From Lobosporangium transversale (taxonomy: Eukaryota), in the NCBI RefSeq assembly GCF_002105155.1, contig NW_019028980.1:806001-870000 (forward strand): a DNA stretch of 64,000 bases. The letters run 5' to 3'. Both the position numbers and the translations under genes were made by a program. This document shows positions 1-13,607 of this stretch, one piece after another (the first letter of the stretch is position 1; each line of letters opens with the position of its first letter). The notes beneath the pieces are model-generated. The model ran no database searches. It was not told the origin of the DNA and was given only the letters and a program-made list of their open reading frames with translations.

Positions 1-148
1 ATAATAGGACTTTTTTCAGCGCTATTCTATTCTTATTTGGTTCTCGACGGGCTGGTTGTTGATATTTTCCACTGATGTAGCTTATTTTCATTCTCAACGT
101 GGTCATATAATAATCGTCTGACTGTTTGTTGTCCATGTGAATATTTAG

Positions 149-2241
149 CAATTTCAAAAAGAAATCGAGAAGATGATGTTGATTTAGACGGTAAGTTTGC
201 TATGCTGCATCGATGACCATTGATCTCACGAACCTTGAAGCATTATTGTTTTTCGTATCGCTCACTCGTCTTACTTTTAAAATACACAGGAGAAAGTCGT
301 ACAAAACGTCGTCGTTCGTCAGAATTTTGGTCATACTATACTCACCTTGACGGCAACCGAGTGCCGTTGCCCAACTTCCTAATAGGCATGCTTGGGGACG
401 ATAGCAAAGGTGTAGAACCACGCTCTGCTTTCTCGCAGTTCACAAACGTAAAAGTGGGAGATCAAATCAGGGTAAAAAGTCTCGGCCAGTCACCCAAGTT
501 CTTTGCGGAGGACTATCAAGGTCACGAGCTTATTGTGACTGAGCAGATGATGGAGCTATGGGAGTTACTTGGTGGGGATTTTGAATGGTCGATTAAAAGA
601 TGCCTGTCTGGCCCCATGGGAGTCGGGAAATCATATATCGCTTGGTTTCTAGCTGCTAAGGCATATGCTCATGGGTGGCCAGTCCTCTATATCCCCGACG
701 CTATGGATCTCCAGTCGTCTGTATCAGAGGAAGAAGCAGCGACCATTATATGTCGGATCTTTATAGCTTTCAACAAAGACATTCTAACAGTGGAAGAGCT
801 TGTAAACATGGTTAATTTTCAGGATACAACAAAACCTCTTGTGGTTTCAACTGCTAGATACATTTTACGCAATCTACTCCAACAAAGACAACAGAAAACT
901 CTTTTTGTTATTGATGAGCATGGAGCCTTGTTTCCACATGGTACAGAGTCAGCAACAATGAAGTTTGATTTGTTACATTGTTTGAACTCCTTTAATTCAT
1001 GGGGGTCACACTATGCTGGAGCGCGTGTAGTATTCACAGGGACTGCGCATGGGAGGTTTGAGAGGACTATTCTCAGAGACGCATCACATTATTTCGAGTT
1101 TGTTGGTCCACTGTCACCCATTACTTTCGATAAGCTACTGAGTGTGATCATAGGTACGTTCAGGCCAACAGTCCGCCAACATTTGGACAAGCTACGAGAC
1201 GAGATTCAAAGAGCCACCGGACGTATACCACGGGAGCTTAATAAATTTTTTGGCAAAGACTTTCGAGAGATTGAGTTCACAGCTGATGAAATCGAGCGAA
1301 GACTAAAGACCTATGAGGAAACTCGTCAGGCAGAGCTCTCTTGGATCTTGAAGGGCTATTACTTAAGACTTGATCCGATGTCTAAAACAGATATCCGTAG
1401 AGCCCTAGCCGATGTGTTTCTGCGAGACAACCAGCACCCAGACGCGGTACTTGATTGGCAATTCCTCGATTTTGGAATAGTATATCAGTATGAGGATCCG
1501 GACAAGGCCAGTCTTTTAATTTTAAAGCGCCCAATTACACCAGCATCCGAGGCGGCGCTTTTCGAACTATACAAGTCATGCCCACTCCCCGACGTATACA
1601 AAGATGCTATAAAGGGGGGTACCTTAAATCCTGCCCAATTTTCCGATGCTTTCTTCCAGTCGCTTATCAAAAGTACCAACATAGTTTTCAAGTCAACTAA
1701 TCTTGCTGGAAAGGAGGAACAAATTTTAGAGCTGAGAGTCAATGGCTATCAGTATCTTCAAAAGCCACCTAGAAAACTCGGCGACGAGGGCAAGAATATC
1801 CTGATACATGGATGCGAACTAGCTCGATTCGATTTTATACTTGGCTACACTTTTATTCAAATTTCGATCTCTAATTTTCAAAAACACAACAATGGCTCTG
1901 CAAACGTTGATTTGGCATTTACAAGTCGGGAACATGCTGGTGAAAGAAATCAAATCGAGTATTTCCTAGACCACACATACGGCGGAACTCACAAAGCAGA
2001 AATGGAGGAAACAGAGCTTGTCGGCAAGCCCAAATTGTATAAAAGGAACTTTAAAGTAACGAGAAACGGTGTGATGTGTCCGGACTTTAGGATTGTGTAT
2101 ATTCGCGGGAAGAATGACTTTTGCGAAGGTAAAGAAATACATGGGCCGCCCAATCACACGGGTAAAGTCCTGGAGTATCCCCAGATAAGACATGTTTGTT
2201 GGGACGAAGTTAAAAAGAGCTTGTTTGATAGCTCCAGCTGA
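149..2241 (+). CDS. CRN (Crinkler)-like effector, C-terminal P-loop NTPase plus putative restriction-endonuclease-like domain; 5' exon(s) lie upstream of the window
   Basis: Long ORF with Walker A (GPMGVGKS), Walker B-like FVIDE, TGRIPREL and a C-terminal RFDFILG..FIQIS motif typical of fungal CRN NTPase-REase modules. Predicted microexon 149-190 (ttag|...|gtaagt) spliced in phase 1 to the exon starting at 290. Confidence 0.75.
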
Positions 2242-3791
2242 TCCACCTTAATATTTTAGTAAAAACACGACGACTAAACATTTCAATAAATTAATGCATC
2301 AAGCTCTTTGTCAAAGTTCCATGTTAGTTGATAAAATCCATGCATGTAACATACGAGCTGCTTTCCCAGATTATTCAAATACAATGCCGATAACTTTTTT
2401 TTAGAGTCTTCGTCATAAGAAGCATACGATAAAATCTTGAAGAATCGCTCGTGGGTGATCAATTACTCTTCTCCTTTCTTGGATTCACTCTCGCGTAGTG
2501 TGCACTTCAGCCTCTGTCAAGTTCAGGTCAGAGAGAAGATTTTATGCGTGAAATTTAATTTTAAAAACCATATGATGAATGGAATGACTTTGTCTTCAGT
2601 CTGTCAGAGTCTGGATGAGAAAAGGGGACCCAGGCACCGTCGGTCCACCCAGGCGTCCGGTCAGCCATATATTCAAATTGTCCTATTCACAGTGGAGGAT
2701 CTTAGTTTACCCAGCAAGGAACTGAGCGCGAATTGTGTAGCGGCCCACTTCCAGACTACATGAGAGAATTCCGTCACTGCGACAAGATAATGGGCATTAG
2801 GATAAAGCAGATAGAGCTTACGAATTCTATAAAGAAGGGATTCAGGTACTGCTTATCCATGGTCAGGTTTGCGTTTCCTTGTCTCTGAAACCATACCAGA
2901 GAGAAGAAGACTAGATTATTTGTTAGATTTAGCAACCGAGAGAGCCAAGTCTCTACATTTTTGGGAGCCTTGGTATTATGGTCTGAATACAAAGATTACC
3001 CGACCAGGAGTATAGCCGGGGGCGACTTTGGATTTCTTCTTTATAAAAAGAATTTGAAAAGTCGCCCCATGGTCCGTGCGCGCCATAGAGATCCTCGCTC
3101 ACTTGTTAAGGCGACTGTTTGGTGCTTGTTGGTTATCCAAATCTGCTCTGATTTCACCGCAATCTAGCGGAAATGATTAGCATCCCCTGAATAGCTGCCA
3201 TCCAAAGGGACTAACTTCGAATGGACAGGATTTACTGTGTTGTTCAAAACAATAAAACTTGACTGAAAGTCTGCTAATCCTCAAACCATGAGGCAAATAA
3301 TGCCTCTGAACGCTTCAATAGGATTATGGCGAGCTTTTGGGGTGCAGAAAAGATAACATTGTCTCTTTTGAGCAATGAAGGATATAGGATTTGTTCCTTA
3401 GGCACACTTTTTTGAAACCACGCTTGTTGCTAGTAAAAACACAAATGGTTCCCGTTTTCCGCATACTTTCAGCGCTTCCACAACCCAAGGGCTGTGATGT
3501 AGCCATTAAATGTTACATGTTTGTCGAAGCATTGGCACATCCCTTGCAAAAGTTCAGATGTATGCTAGGAATATTGTTTAAGGGACGTAGAGTAGTCTGG
3601 CAGTGTTCAGGTGTTTATACAGTATTATATGGAGTCCGAACAGTCGCCATATTAGGATGAATTGCAATTGAAGTGAATATTTGGCACTTACATGAATAGG
3701 TAAGATGAAAATAAAGTGAACACATGGAATAATATAGAGGAGTTGTAAATAAAGCGCTTTATATCTAATAGCTTGCAAAGAGTATATATGT

Positions 3792-5085
3792 ATGAGTGCT
3801 GTTTCTGAGGAATATGTACGCCTTGTTGAGGCTCAGTGGAGGTTTATGCAGGAGGAGTGGCCAGCTATAAAGAAAGCCAAGTTTCATCGCACAGAGATGA
3901 AAGAGATCTCTGACGTAACACACGTCAAGTCAATGGTGCTTGACCGTCTAGGATTCATCCCTACGTTCTTTTTTTGCGCTGATCACAGGAGATTCATTGT
4001 CTACAATGTCAAGGTTCATACCAAAGACGTCCTTTTACGACTTGCACAAGGAATTTTATCTTCGAGACCCTGTGAAACTACATGATGACATAACCTCAAT
4101 GATGAGAGATATGTGCTCGAGCTTGAAGCTACGATTGCTACTTGCCAAGAACAACCCTGAGCCATTCAAGCATGTGACATTGAATCTAGACGGACATGAC
4201 ACAGGAGTCAGCTACATCGGTGCTGACAAGCCAAGTCTCTACTCTTATAAACTCAAGAAGTCGGGTTTTCGTATTCAAGTGTGTTCAGACATGAACAATA
4301 TCATACTGTTTGCATCCAAGCCAGCTCCTTGTCGAGATTTCAATGATAGGACTATGCTAGTGATGAACATTGCATCGCACATACACAAGCTGGACTGTGT
4401 TGCTCTTGGCGGTGCTACAGTGCGTTCGTTAGACAATTTGTCGAACCATCAGATGTACTGTCCTACGAGAATTTCTCTTATCCTGCGCGCAAGCTTAGAG
4501 GGATCGCCATGACAGACCAAGAGTTACATTACAATAAAGCGTTTGGTGGATTTCGGTCAAGCATCGTAGGGTGTTGAGAAACATGCAATCCACGTTCTCC
4601 AAGTTCACACACGACGCTCCTATCCGTTTCTCAAACGCAAAGACGTTTGATCTCCAATTCAAGCTTTGTTGCCTGCTTATGAATATCAAGAGAGTCGTGT
4701 CAATCCATAATATCCCCACTCAGACGCACCACACATTCTGGATGCAAGATGCGTTTGACTTTCCAGACAATAATGAGTATCAGGTTGCTTATGAGAAGCT
4801 CCCCAGCATCAAAGTCAAACTAAATCATGGTCGGAGTCTTTTAGAACTACAAGAAGCGCGTTCCTATCTGTAGCTAGTTCGCAGCCTAACATACTAGACA
4901 CTGCAGATGAGACTATGGCAGAGACAGCGCAGGAGGAATACGAGGTTGCTAGGATTTTAGACCATCGCGGAGAAGGTGAGGACATGGAGTTTCTGGTTCA
5001 ATGGGAAGGCTTCGATATCTCTGAGGCAACATGGGTGGCTCTACAGCATTCCAACTACAAACAGTGCATCCAAGACTATTGGAGA
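3792..5085 (+). pseudogene. Frameshifted PIF/Harbinger-like DDE transposase with a C-terminal chromodomain
   Basis: Consecutive ORF fragments in shifting frames: LNLDGHDT (first D), YSYKLKKSGFRIQV, DCVALGG (degenerate second D), then EEYEVARILDHRG..EFLVQWEGF..SEATW..DYW (chromodomain signature). Confidence 0.65.
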
Positions 5086-6062
5086 ACCTCATTCAAGACA
5101 GAGTTAACAAAGTTCTGCCGGTTTCTGAAGTTCCAGTTGCTATGAGATGGGTACGGGAATGGAAGTTGTGTGCAAATATTCCGCATGTTTGACGATAGCG
5201 ATTCCCATTGCTCATCCAGGCTTGATTTGAGAGCAGTGGATGCTCTACATTTGGGATCAAATGGAGAGTCATAGCCACAGGCAAAGAGGATGTCTTTTGC
5301 ATACTTTAGTTTGGTATACTTTGATTGGTGTAGTCTATGTAGTATGGCGCCAGTGTCCCTCCTTTCTTGATCTTTCCCGAGAGGATACGAGTCGCTCTGC
5401 TTTGTCATCTTCAACTCTGGGTCGTTCTTCAAGGCTCGCAGATTCTGAAAGACCTTCATCTCTTTTGGGTTACTGTAGGTCTTCACCCATTCAGGCGTAA
5501 GGATAGATGGGTCCTCAATGCCGTAGGCGTCCATAATCCTGAATTTTTGTACTGCGTAATACTCTTCATTAGAAAGGTCTGACCTTGTCTCCAGTCGTAG
5601 TGATTCTTCGTAATCAATTACCTTGGCCTCCGATATCCCTGTATACTTGGCTTGAAGTAGGGCGGCTGTCCTCTGTTTCAGAGATTCAGAAACCTTAAGG
5701 TCCTTGGGCTGATTAGGTAGTCCAACAACTCTGCAGCCAGCCTGAACCATTTGAGCAATGAAACGCTGAAGAAAATCATTCATTGATAGATGCTTCTTTA
5801 TCAGTGCATTGATGAATATTATGTAGTAAATATCGCCAACATCATGCTTCACTCCAGGACCTCGCCTTACCCTCAGGCCATTCGTATCCAGAGCGCATCC
5901 CTTGATTTGAACCTCTTGGGTGCAAAGATACTTGACTATTTCGTTGTGTGTTGTTGGAAGATTGTTTATTGAATTGGTGCTCTGTGAATATAATGGCCGT
6001 GTTCCTTTCTCGCTTGTGATTATGCGTATAATCGATAAACTTGCGCTTTTTGTAGGCAACAT
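5076..6062 (-). pseudogene. Truncated C-terminal part of a replication origin-binding protein (UL9/OBP-like family)
   Basis: 328-aa ORF with NNLPTT..EI, LSMNDFLQRFIAQMVQAG and AVQKFRIMDAYG..LTPEWVKTY..KVFQNL, resembling from memory the C-terminus of OBP-like proteins of large DNA viruses and early-diverging fungi. Helicase motifs are absent, so it is 5'-truncated. Confidence 0.5.
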
Positions 6063-9000
6063 TCACATAATCGCACGAATACCAACCAATAGAAATCCAA
6101 AAGCGAACACCATAATCGAGAAAGGAATGCGGCTAATACTGACCAATGATAGCGCGACTGACCAGCTGACCAGTGGGTGTCATTCTTTTTAATCTTGAGC
6201 AAACATCTTGAACATCAAAGTTCATCCTGCAAGATTCGTAGCTGGTAAATTTAAACTCTTTTTATTTTATTTTATTTTATTTTTTCTTTTTCTGTAGAGT
6301 GATGCAGGAGCATGACTTTGTTCTTCATGGAATGGGCTTTGCTAATTAAGCAAATTATTCATTCATGTGCAACACAGTTTTTTCTTTTACTCGTTGAGAA
6401 AAAAAAATAATAATAACAATAATAATAATAAAGAAAAAGAGCCTCCCCAAGGATGGGGGAAAAGACTCTTCCAAAAATTGAAGAGTGTGCTGACACAGAG
6501 ACGATATGGTCAAAGGAAAGCGCAAACAAGCTCTCATATTACAAGTTCCTTCTGGAGGTGCTTGTTTTCCAACACAGAAAAAATAACGTGAAGGAGAGAA
6601 AGCATGAAAAGGGCCCAAAGCGAAAAAAGTGAAAATTGCAAAATTTTCAGAGATTTAAATAACTGTGTTAACTCGTGCGATTGAAAACTCTACTGTGGCT
6701 TCCTTGCTGGACTTGACTTTTTATTGTTTACTTTTTTTTAGGAAAAGTAAACACTGTAAAAAAGATCGTTCTCTTCCTCCTCTTACCATTTGTTATTCAT
6801 TCCCACATCCCTTTGCATCTTGATTCATTAGCTTTCTTCACGTTCTTGTTTTGGTAAGTTATCCTTTTTTTTTTTTTATTTCTTTGTATTATTTATTATT
6901 CTCTTCAATATTCTTTTTTCTGTTTTGAAAAATGGAAAAAATAGCAAAAGAAGGGAAAAAAAAAAAAAAAAAAAAAAAAGAGTTGCCTAAAGGATGATCG
7001 CTCATGCCGCCCCAGGCAGATAACATAATGTTGAGTAGCTTAGCACATATTTCTGGTTCTGAACTCGCTTCTCTTTTTTTTTTTTTTTTTTTTTTTTAAA
7101 GAAAAAAAAAAAAAATATTAATTTATTTTGTCAAGTACATTTTTCCCCTTCTTGGATCCTTTTGAAAGAAAAGGATCAAGAAATGTACGCGACAGTAAAA
7201 GGAAGCAAAGGAAAACAATAATAATCATAAAAAGACTATGTGATATTAATTATCCTTATTATTTTTTTACCTATTATTCAGTTTAATAGCATCTCTTAGA
7301 CTTTTGAACTCGTGTTGATGTGGTCAACGGGATACTAAAAGGTAAAAAAAAAAAAAAAAAAAAAAAAAAACGAAAATAAATAAAAAACTAGAATCGAGTA
7401 TACAGAGAGAGGAAGAGGAATGATGCATTTTATCATGCTAATTCAGACAAAAAAAAATAAACAATGGTGTCAAATTTTCATATCCTGACCTCGTCCCCTA
7501 CTTCAATCTCGTAACTTTTTTTTTTTTTTTTTTTTTTTTTTCTCTCCGAGTTTGAACGTCGTTTAAAAAAGAGAGAAAGAAAAAGAATAAAAAAGAGAGC
7601 GAGCAATTATCTAATTTTCTAACCTGATGTTTACTCTTTTTCTTATTTTTATCTTTACTGTTACACTAAAAGGTAATATTGGCTTTATAGACAAGGACGA
7701 AGCGAAGGACGGATAAATAAATAAATATTAGAATAGAGCACCAACCTGGATCTCCTTCCAAAGCACATGCAAATAAATGAAATAAATGACCCTTTTTTTC
7801 TTTCTCCTATGAACTGATTCACCGTGGATTGAAACCGATGTCTTAATGCCGTGTGTTCATATTGGATGAACAACACGAATAGTGAGGGGAAAAAGGGGGC
7901 GATGGGAAGACGTGCATTTGGAAATATTTTCGTGTATAGGGCGTGTATAGGGGTTCTGTATTTATGCAAAAAAAAAAAAAAAAAAAAAAAGTGAAGTTAC
8001 TCAAGGAAAGGCATTATATTCATGTAATAAGCAGGTCTCGCTTGTTTTTTTTTATTTTTTTATTTGATTCCGATGGCTCATGTTTTTTTTTTATTTATTT
8101 ATTTGGCTCTCGCCTCTTCTTCAACCCTACCCTCTTTCTGCATCTCCAATCTCTACCAAATCTCGCAAGCGGCGGAGTAGAAAAGGGTTACCAACCATTG
8201 CATGGAAATATAAAGTCAAAAAGCTTTTTTTCAGAGCACTTTCGCCATGCTTTATTAAATACGTGCTCACTATCTATCGAACCGAAAGAAAAACGAAACA
8301 GAGGAGGGAGAAGAAAGTGAAAAAAAAAAAAAAAAAAAAGAAAGTAAAAAGATGTACATGTAAAAGAATATAAAATACAGATGTATATTTATACAAGATG
8401 ATGATGATGATGATGATGATGGTAGTGATGGGCGGCAAAAAAAAAAAAAAAAAAAAAAAACTGGAAGGGCATGGGAATAATTGGATAATCGATTTACAGA
8501 TAACCAGATAGAGAGTGTACAAAAATAAAAAGATGAGGATGTGGTATCATTGGAAAGATAGTTGGATGGATATGAATGCAATGTGTACATGCACATTGTT
8601 GCATTGAGCAGTCTGAACGGTATGTCATGTCATCAAGGGAAAATAAGAAAAAGAAGAGAAAGAAGAGAGAGACCATTTTCACAGACACATGCAGATGCAT
8701 CTAGACAGGTAAGGAACGGAAATTGGTTTAGTTCTAGTCTCCCCTGTGTCCTTCCTTCTCCTTTTTCCTTTTGCCCTCTCCCCCTTCGCTGCACGCGGCT
8801 GTGGGTTCCCGTTATATCCGTTGGGAATTGAAGAAAAGAAAAAAAAGATTATGGATTATGGATTGAGGATTATGAGGTTTGATTAAACAAATAACAAAAA
8901 TATTAATTTGGTGTAATGTCAACAATGTTCTTTCTCTCTTCTCTCTCTCTTTTTTGCTCCATCGCTCAAAGCTGACTGGCCCAAGTAGGACTCAATAATG

Positions 9001-9074
9001 TTTATTTAATATAGTCAATAACATTGAACTGTACCTGTTGTTGTTTGTCAAACAGTCTTTTTATCCGGTACTGT

Positions 9075-9105
<31 letters not shown>

Positions 9106-9767
9106 GTAAACAGTAAACTATGAATGGTCCAACGGTTGGGAAAGACCTTTTTTTTATTTGCTGTGTCCACAATGATAGAGAGACCAGGCACCCACTTTTT
9201 ATTTTTATTTTTTTCTTCTTCTTCTTCTTTTGGTTCCTTCGGTACAAGTAAATGCCCAGATGAACTAGGGGTTCTTTTACGAGTCTGCTGAAAGGACTGG
9301 AATGTTTTAAAAAAAAAAAAAAAAAAAAAAAGTCGTAAATGCTCAAAATTGTCATCATGAATAAAAAGATGGCTGTCTTCTGTATGACATGACAGTCAAT
9401 GACTTACGCTATCACACAAATCACATCAGATATGTGTAAAAATGTAAAGATGTAAAAATGTAAAAATGTAAAATGAATGAATCACTCTAATGTATTGGAC
9501 GTATATAAAATATATATACATGTATCAACTCATCTGGATTGAATCAGGTTTGAATAACAAATGTATTCATCCCCTGTACCTTTAGACGATGTCATGAACT
9601 ATATAAACGAATGTGCTTTTCTACTCGGTTCAACACTTCTCTTCTCTTCTCTCTTCTCTTCTCTTCTTCTTCTCATTCTTCTTTCTCTCATTCTCTTCAT
9701 TCATCCTCATCAACCCCAACCACTCTTTTCAGCAACTTACTTCCTTCCCCTATACATAATACTCAAC

Positions 9768-10402
9768 ATGAAATTCATTGCTGTCGCCGCTGCTGCTGCT
9801 TCCTTGGCTGCCGTTAGTGCTCAAAAGATTGCCATCAAGTAAGATAAATACCTTTTCCAAGACTGATGTCTGGTCTCGTTCGGATCTAAAACATATTCCT
9901 ACCTTACAAGGTCCTGTTTTCTTACCTTTTGCAATCTCTTCTGTTTGACCTCAATAGCAACCCCATCGATGGAACCGTATGGACTTCGGGTCAGACTGGC
10001 TACATTGCTTGGACCGGCAACTGTGCTAGCATGGGCAACGCTTCCCACGCTGTCGATATCCACCTCGTCAACGGTCCCTCGAATGCAGTTCGTTATGTCA
10101 CCACCTTAGGCTCACTCGATTGCTCTGGAGCCATCTCCTCCACTACCATCCCTATTCCCAGCAACGTCACTTCTGGAGTCTACTCTCTCCGTGTCTTGAC
10201 CACCCCTGACAACTCTTATAGCAGCCAGTTCCAACTCAACAACCCTGCCTCTCCTGCCGTTCCCACCGGTGGTCCCACAACCACTGGCGGTCAACAACCC
10301 CTGCCCACTGACAACAAGCCTAGCTCTGCAAGCTCATTGGCTGCTGGTTCCATCGTTGCCCTGGTCGGTACCGTTGCCGCTGCATTCCAATTCCTTCTTT
10401 AA
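9768..10402 (+). CDS. Secreted Ser/Thr-rich GPI-anchored cell-surface protein (Kre9/Knh1-like N-terminal domain)
   Basis: Signal peptide MKFIAVAAAAASLAAVSA; GT-AG intron 9839-9957; NPIDGTVWTSG..IAW, GVYSLRV and YSSQF motifs; P/T-rich linker; hydrophobic C-terminal GPI signal. Confidence 0.85.
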
Positions 10403-10866
10403 AGTATTTGTTTACTAATCATTGGATGTATTCAGAAGGTTTAACCCAACCAACAAGATATAAAAAAACAAAACAGACAGGAGCAAGCCACGAAGATGAG
10501 ATAGATCTCCAAAAGGGAGGGAAAAAAGGAAAAGGAGGCTCTCTTTCTTGATGGAGAAGGCTCTCGTTTCTTTAACTTGTTCTTCTTTTTCTTTTATTAT
10601 TATTATTACTGTTGTTGTTGTTGAACCATTGTGACATCCGATAAAAAAAAAAAAAAAAAAAAAACACCTCATCCTTCTTGGCGATCCTTTACATAGTATT
10701 TTAGTTTTTAGTACCAATAATCCCGCTTTTTATTTTTTTACATATACATTCATTTTAATTTACAATAAAAGCCATCTGGGAAAAACCAAAAAAAAAAAAA
10801 AAAAAAAAAGTATTATAAACCATTTGCTACTTGTGATGTAAGAAGGTCATCGCGAAGGGGCAGTAA

Positions 10867-10901
<35 letters not shown>

Positions 10902-11743
10902 CATATGCAAAGAGAACGGAAGCAGGAGCATACTCACTAAAAAACGTGTTCCGTGCTGCATAAAAAAAAAAAAAAAAAAAAAAAAAAGAGCAAAACTACT
11001 TTCTTGGTTTTTTTTTGGCGTCCATTTCCCCTTGCATACATGTGTATTTTTTTTTGCCCCAGAGGGAAAAAAAAAAAAAGGAACATTGTTGTCATCATTT
11101 CATGACAACTGTTGGCCAACCAGCAATCATCCATGAAAATAAAAATATCATTAACGTAAACAGGGATTTGTGGAACTTGTGTTCCTCCCCTTTCTGTCTC
11201 CACCTTCCTGTTTGACAATGCTTTTTTTGGAGTTGTATGCATTGCGTTATTCTCTGAGTGTTGTAAACGCATTACACAAAAAGAAATTGCCCTCATGGTA
11301 TATATATATATACATGTATATATATTTATAATACGAACGAGCGATAGATAGAACGGATGGAGGAATACATTCTTGGCAATCCATTTGATCTCGTGGGGCG
11401 ATTACACAAACGGCGTTATCCTAACCAGCCCTTCCAACTCCATTTCAATACTTCAATAGAAAAGAATAATGGCTGTTGTTGACGTTTCAGTGAGAAATCG
11501 TTGGGGGGTTGGCTTGCTAATTTTAACAGACCAAAACAGCCTGGGTTTTAATCGGTTAATCGGCTAATCTTAAATCGTTAAAAAAAAAAAAAAAAAAAAA
11601 AAAAAGATTATGTGGATAAAGTGGGATGGATGGAATGTGTTCATCACATCATCCTTCCATTTCTTCTACATTTTCTCTTTGCATCTTCCAAGACATCTTC
11701 CTTTTTCTACGCCATTCTATTTCCTTCTTTCTTTTCTTCCATT

Positions 11744-11776
<33 letters not shown>

Positions 11777-11822
11777 GCAACCGTAAAAAAGGGGGGAGAA
11801 AGACAATCGGTATTCTCCTAGT

Positions 11823-11854
<32 letters not shown>

Positions 11855-13415
11855 ACAGATGTTTAGGTAATTTATTTATTTTATTTTTTTTCCGACGGAC
11901 AAAGAAAGAAAGAAAGAAAGAAAAGAAGCGGTGAGGATTTTCCTTATTCCCATCGAAAATTTATGCTTTTAAAAGTTGTGGTAGTTAGGCTCTCATAAAA
12001 CTAGACCTGAAGTGGGAGGCAATAGCAATGGATAAATGGAATTGACCCCGTTTTAGTCAAGCGTAGGAAGTAAAAAAAAAAAAAAAAAAAAAAAGAAAAG
12101 AAATCTGAACGATGACAAAGAAAATAGAATGTATATCCTTCAATGTATGCGAATGAACCACCAGCTGACATCACATCCATATGTGTATTTTTATACATAT
12201 ACTTGAAACAAGTTTTCTTCTATCTCTGTTGCGCGTTAAAAATGAGAGGAACACTAAACTCATAAAAGCACAGAAAAAAGCGGCCTAGGATCAAGTTCCG
12301 ATCGTCTGTCAAAAAAAACCTGTTTTGTCAGAGTCAAAGATAGGATGGAGCTGGATATGACATGACGCTCTGAAACAACGTCCCCACGGCGTACAGAAAT
12401 GTTATATATTTGCCCTCATTAATAGCCAACAAAGCATGTGAATATTTAATATCTCATAATTTTAATATATTTATCAATCTTAAAAGAATTAGAGACGTGG
12501 AAAGCGTGCAAATGAATCACGATTTGTGTATTTCGTCCTTCATAATTGAAGAAGAATAGGCCTTAGTAAGTATACAATTTCACAGAGGTATAAGAGAAGC
12601 TGTGCCGTGATTTCTTTTATCTATTAGCATTAGCACTAGCACTTGTTGTCTATCAAAGCCCAATAAGTTGATGCCACCTTGTGGTGATCATCGGGTTCCT
12701 TCCAACGCTACAAAAAAAAACTCACACCTCTGTTCCACATTTCCCCTTCCTCCTCACTTCAAGCTTGGAGGAGGTTCTTCTGGCAACTTGGTCCAGCCAG
12801 AGGGCTCATGATCCTTTTTTTTTTTTCTTTTTTTTGTTTTTTTTAATACATTGCATTCCTCCCAACCATCCAATCTCCAGTCGAATAAACAAATAACATC
12901 AGGAATCAATCTGCGCAACCTCCCAAAAATCTATTGCTGCGCAAACATTTTTTCTTTAACGGTTTGTACTGCATATATTTTTTTTTTTTTCACTCCCCCT
13001 TCCTTCTCGAATGATGATTTACTTACATATCCTATTCACATTATCACCCTTGCGCGCAAATAAACACTTTTTTTTTTTTTTTTTTTTTTTCCCTTCCATT
13101 TGCTTCCATAATATAAGTGTATTATAAAGTCAACTTACGACGCTTAGTTCCCTCCAGACGCATTCCCTAGCATTATAACCTTTGACAAAACATCAGCATG
13201 AATGTCAGTATCACGTGCATTTAGATAGAAGCTGAAAAAAAGAAGAAAAAAAAAAAAAAAAAAAACCTTTTCATCCCAAGGCTGTTGTCTAAAAGTGTTG
13301 GATAAATCATCACTCGTTTGTCATTAAGCGGATCTCTTTAAAAGTTCATCCCAAAATGCGTTATTTATTTGACCTTGCTATGATCTTTTCATAGACGGAC
13401 GCGTCCATCAAGAGA

Positions 13416-13475
13416 TCGAAATCAAGATCAATGTCAAGACCAAGGTCAAGCTCAAGGTCAAGGTCAAGGTCAAGG
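13416..13475. repeat. Imperfect (GTCAAG)n hexamer microsatellite
   Basis: Direct reading: ...tcaagatcaatgtcaagaccaaggtcaagctcaaggtcaaggtcaaggtcaagg. Confidence 0.8.
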
Positions 13476-13607
13476 AGCATGCTGGAGGCAGTTTTTATTT
13501 CTATATATTCCTGATATCTCAAGAGGGGATTGATGTTCAAAACTGAACAAAACAAAACAAAACAAAAGAGGGTGAGAGTGAACTAATACAATGCCACATT
13601 ACCTTAG

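Noticed and set aside
2437..3780. Genes or transposon ORFs between CRN gene 1 and the DDE pseudogene
   Set aside because: Looks like decayed coding DNA, but no motif could be recognised in any frame.
6355..13063. Many short poly-F/poly-K ORFs
   Set aside because: Artefacts of A/T homopolymer runs.
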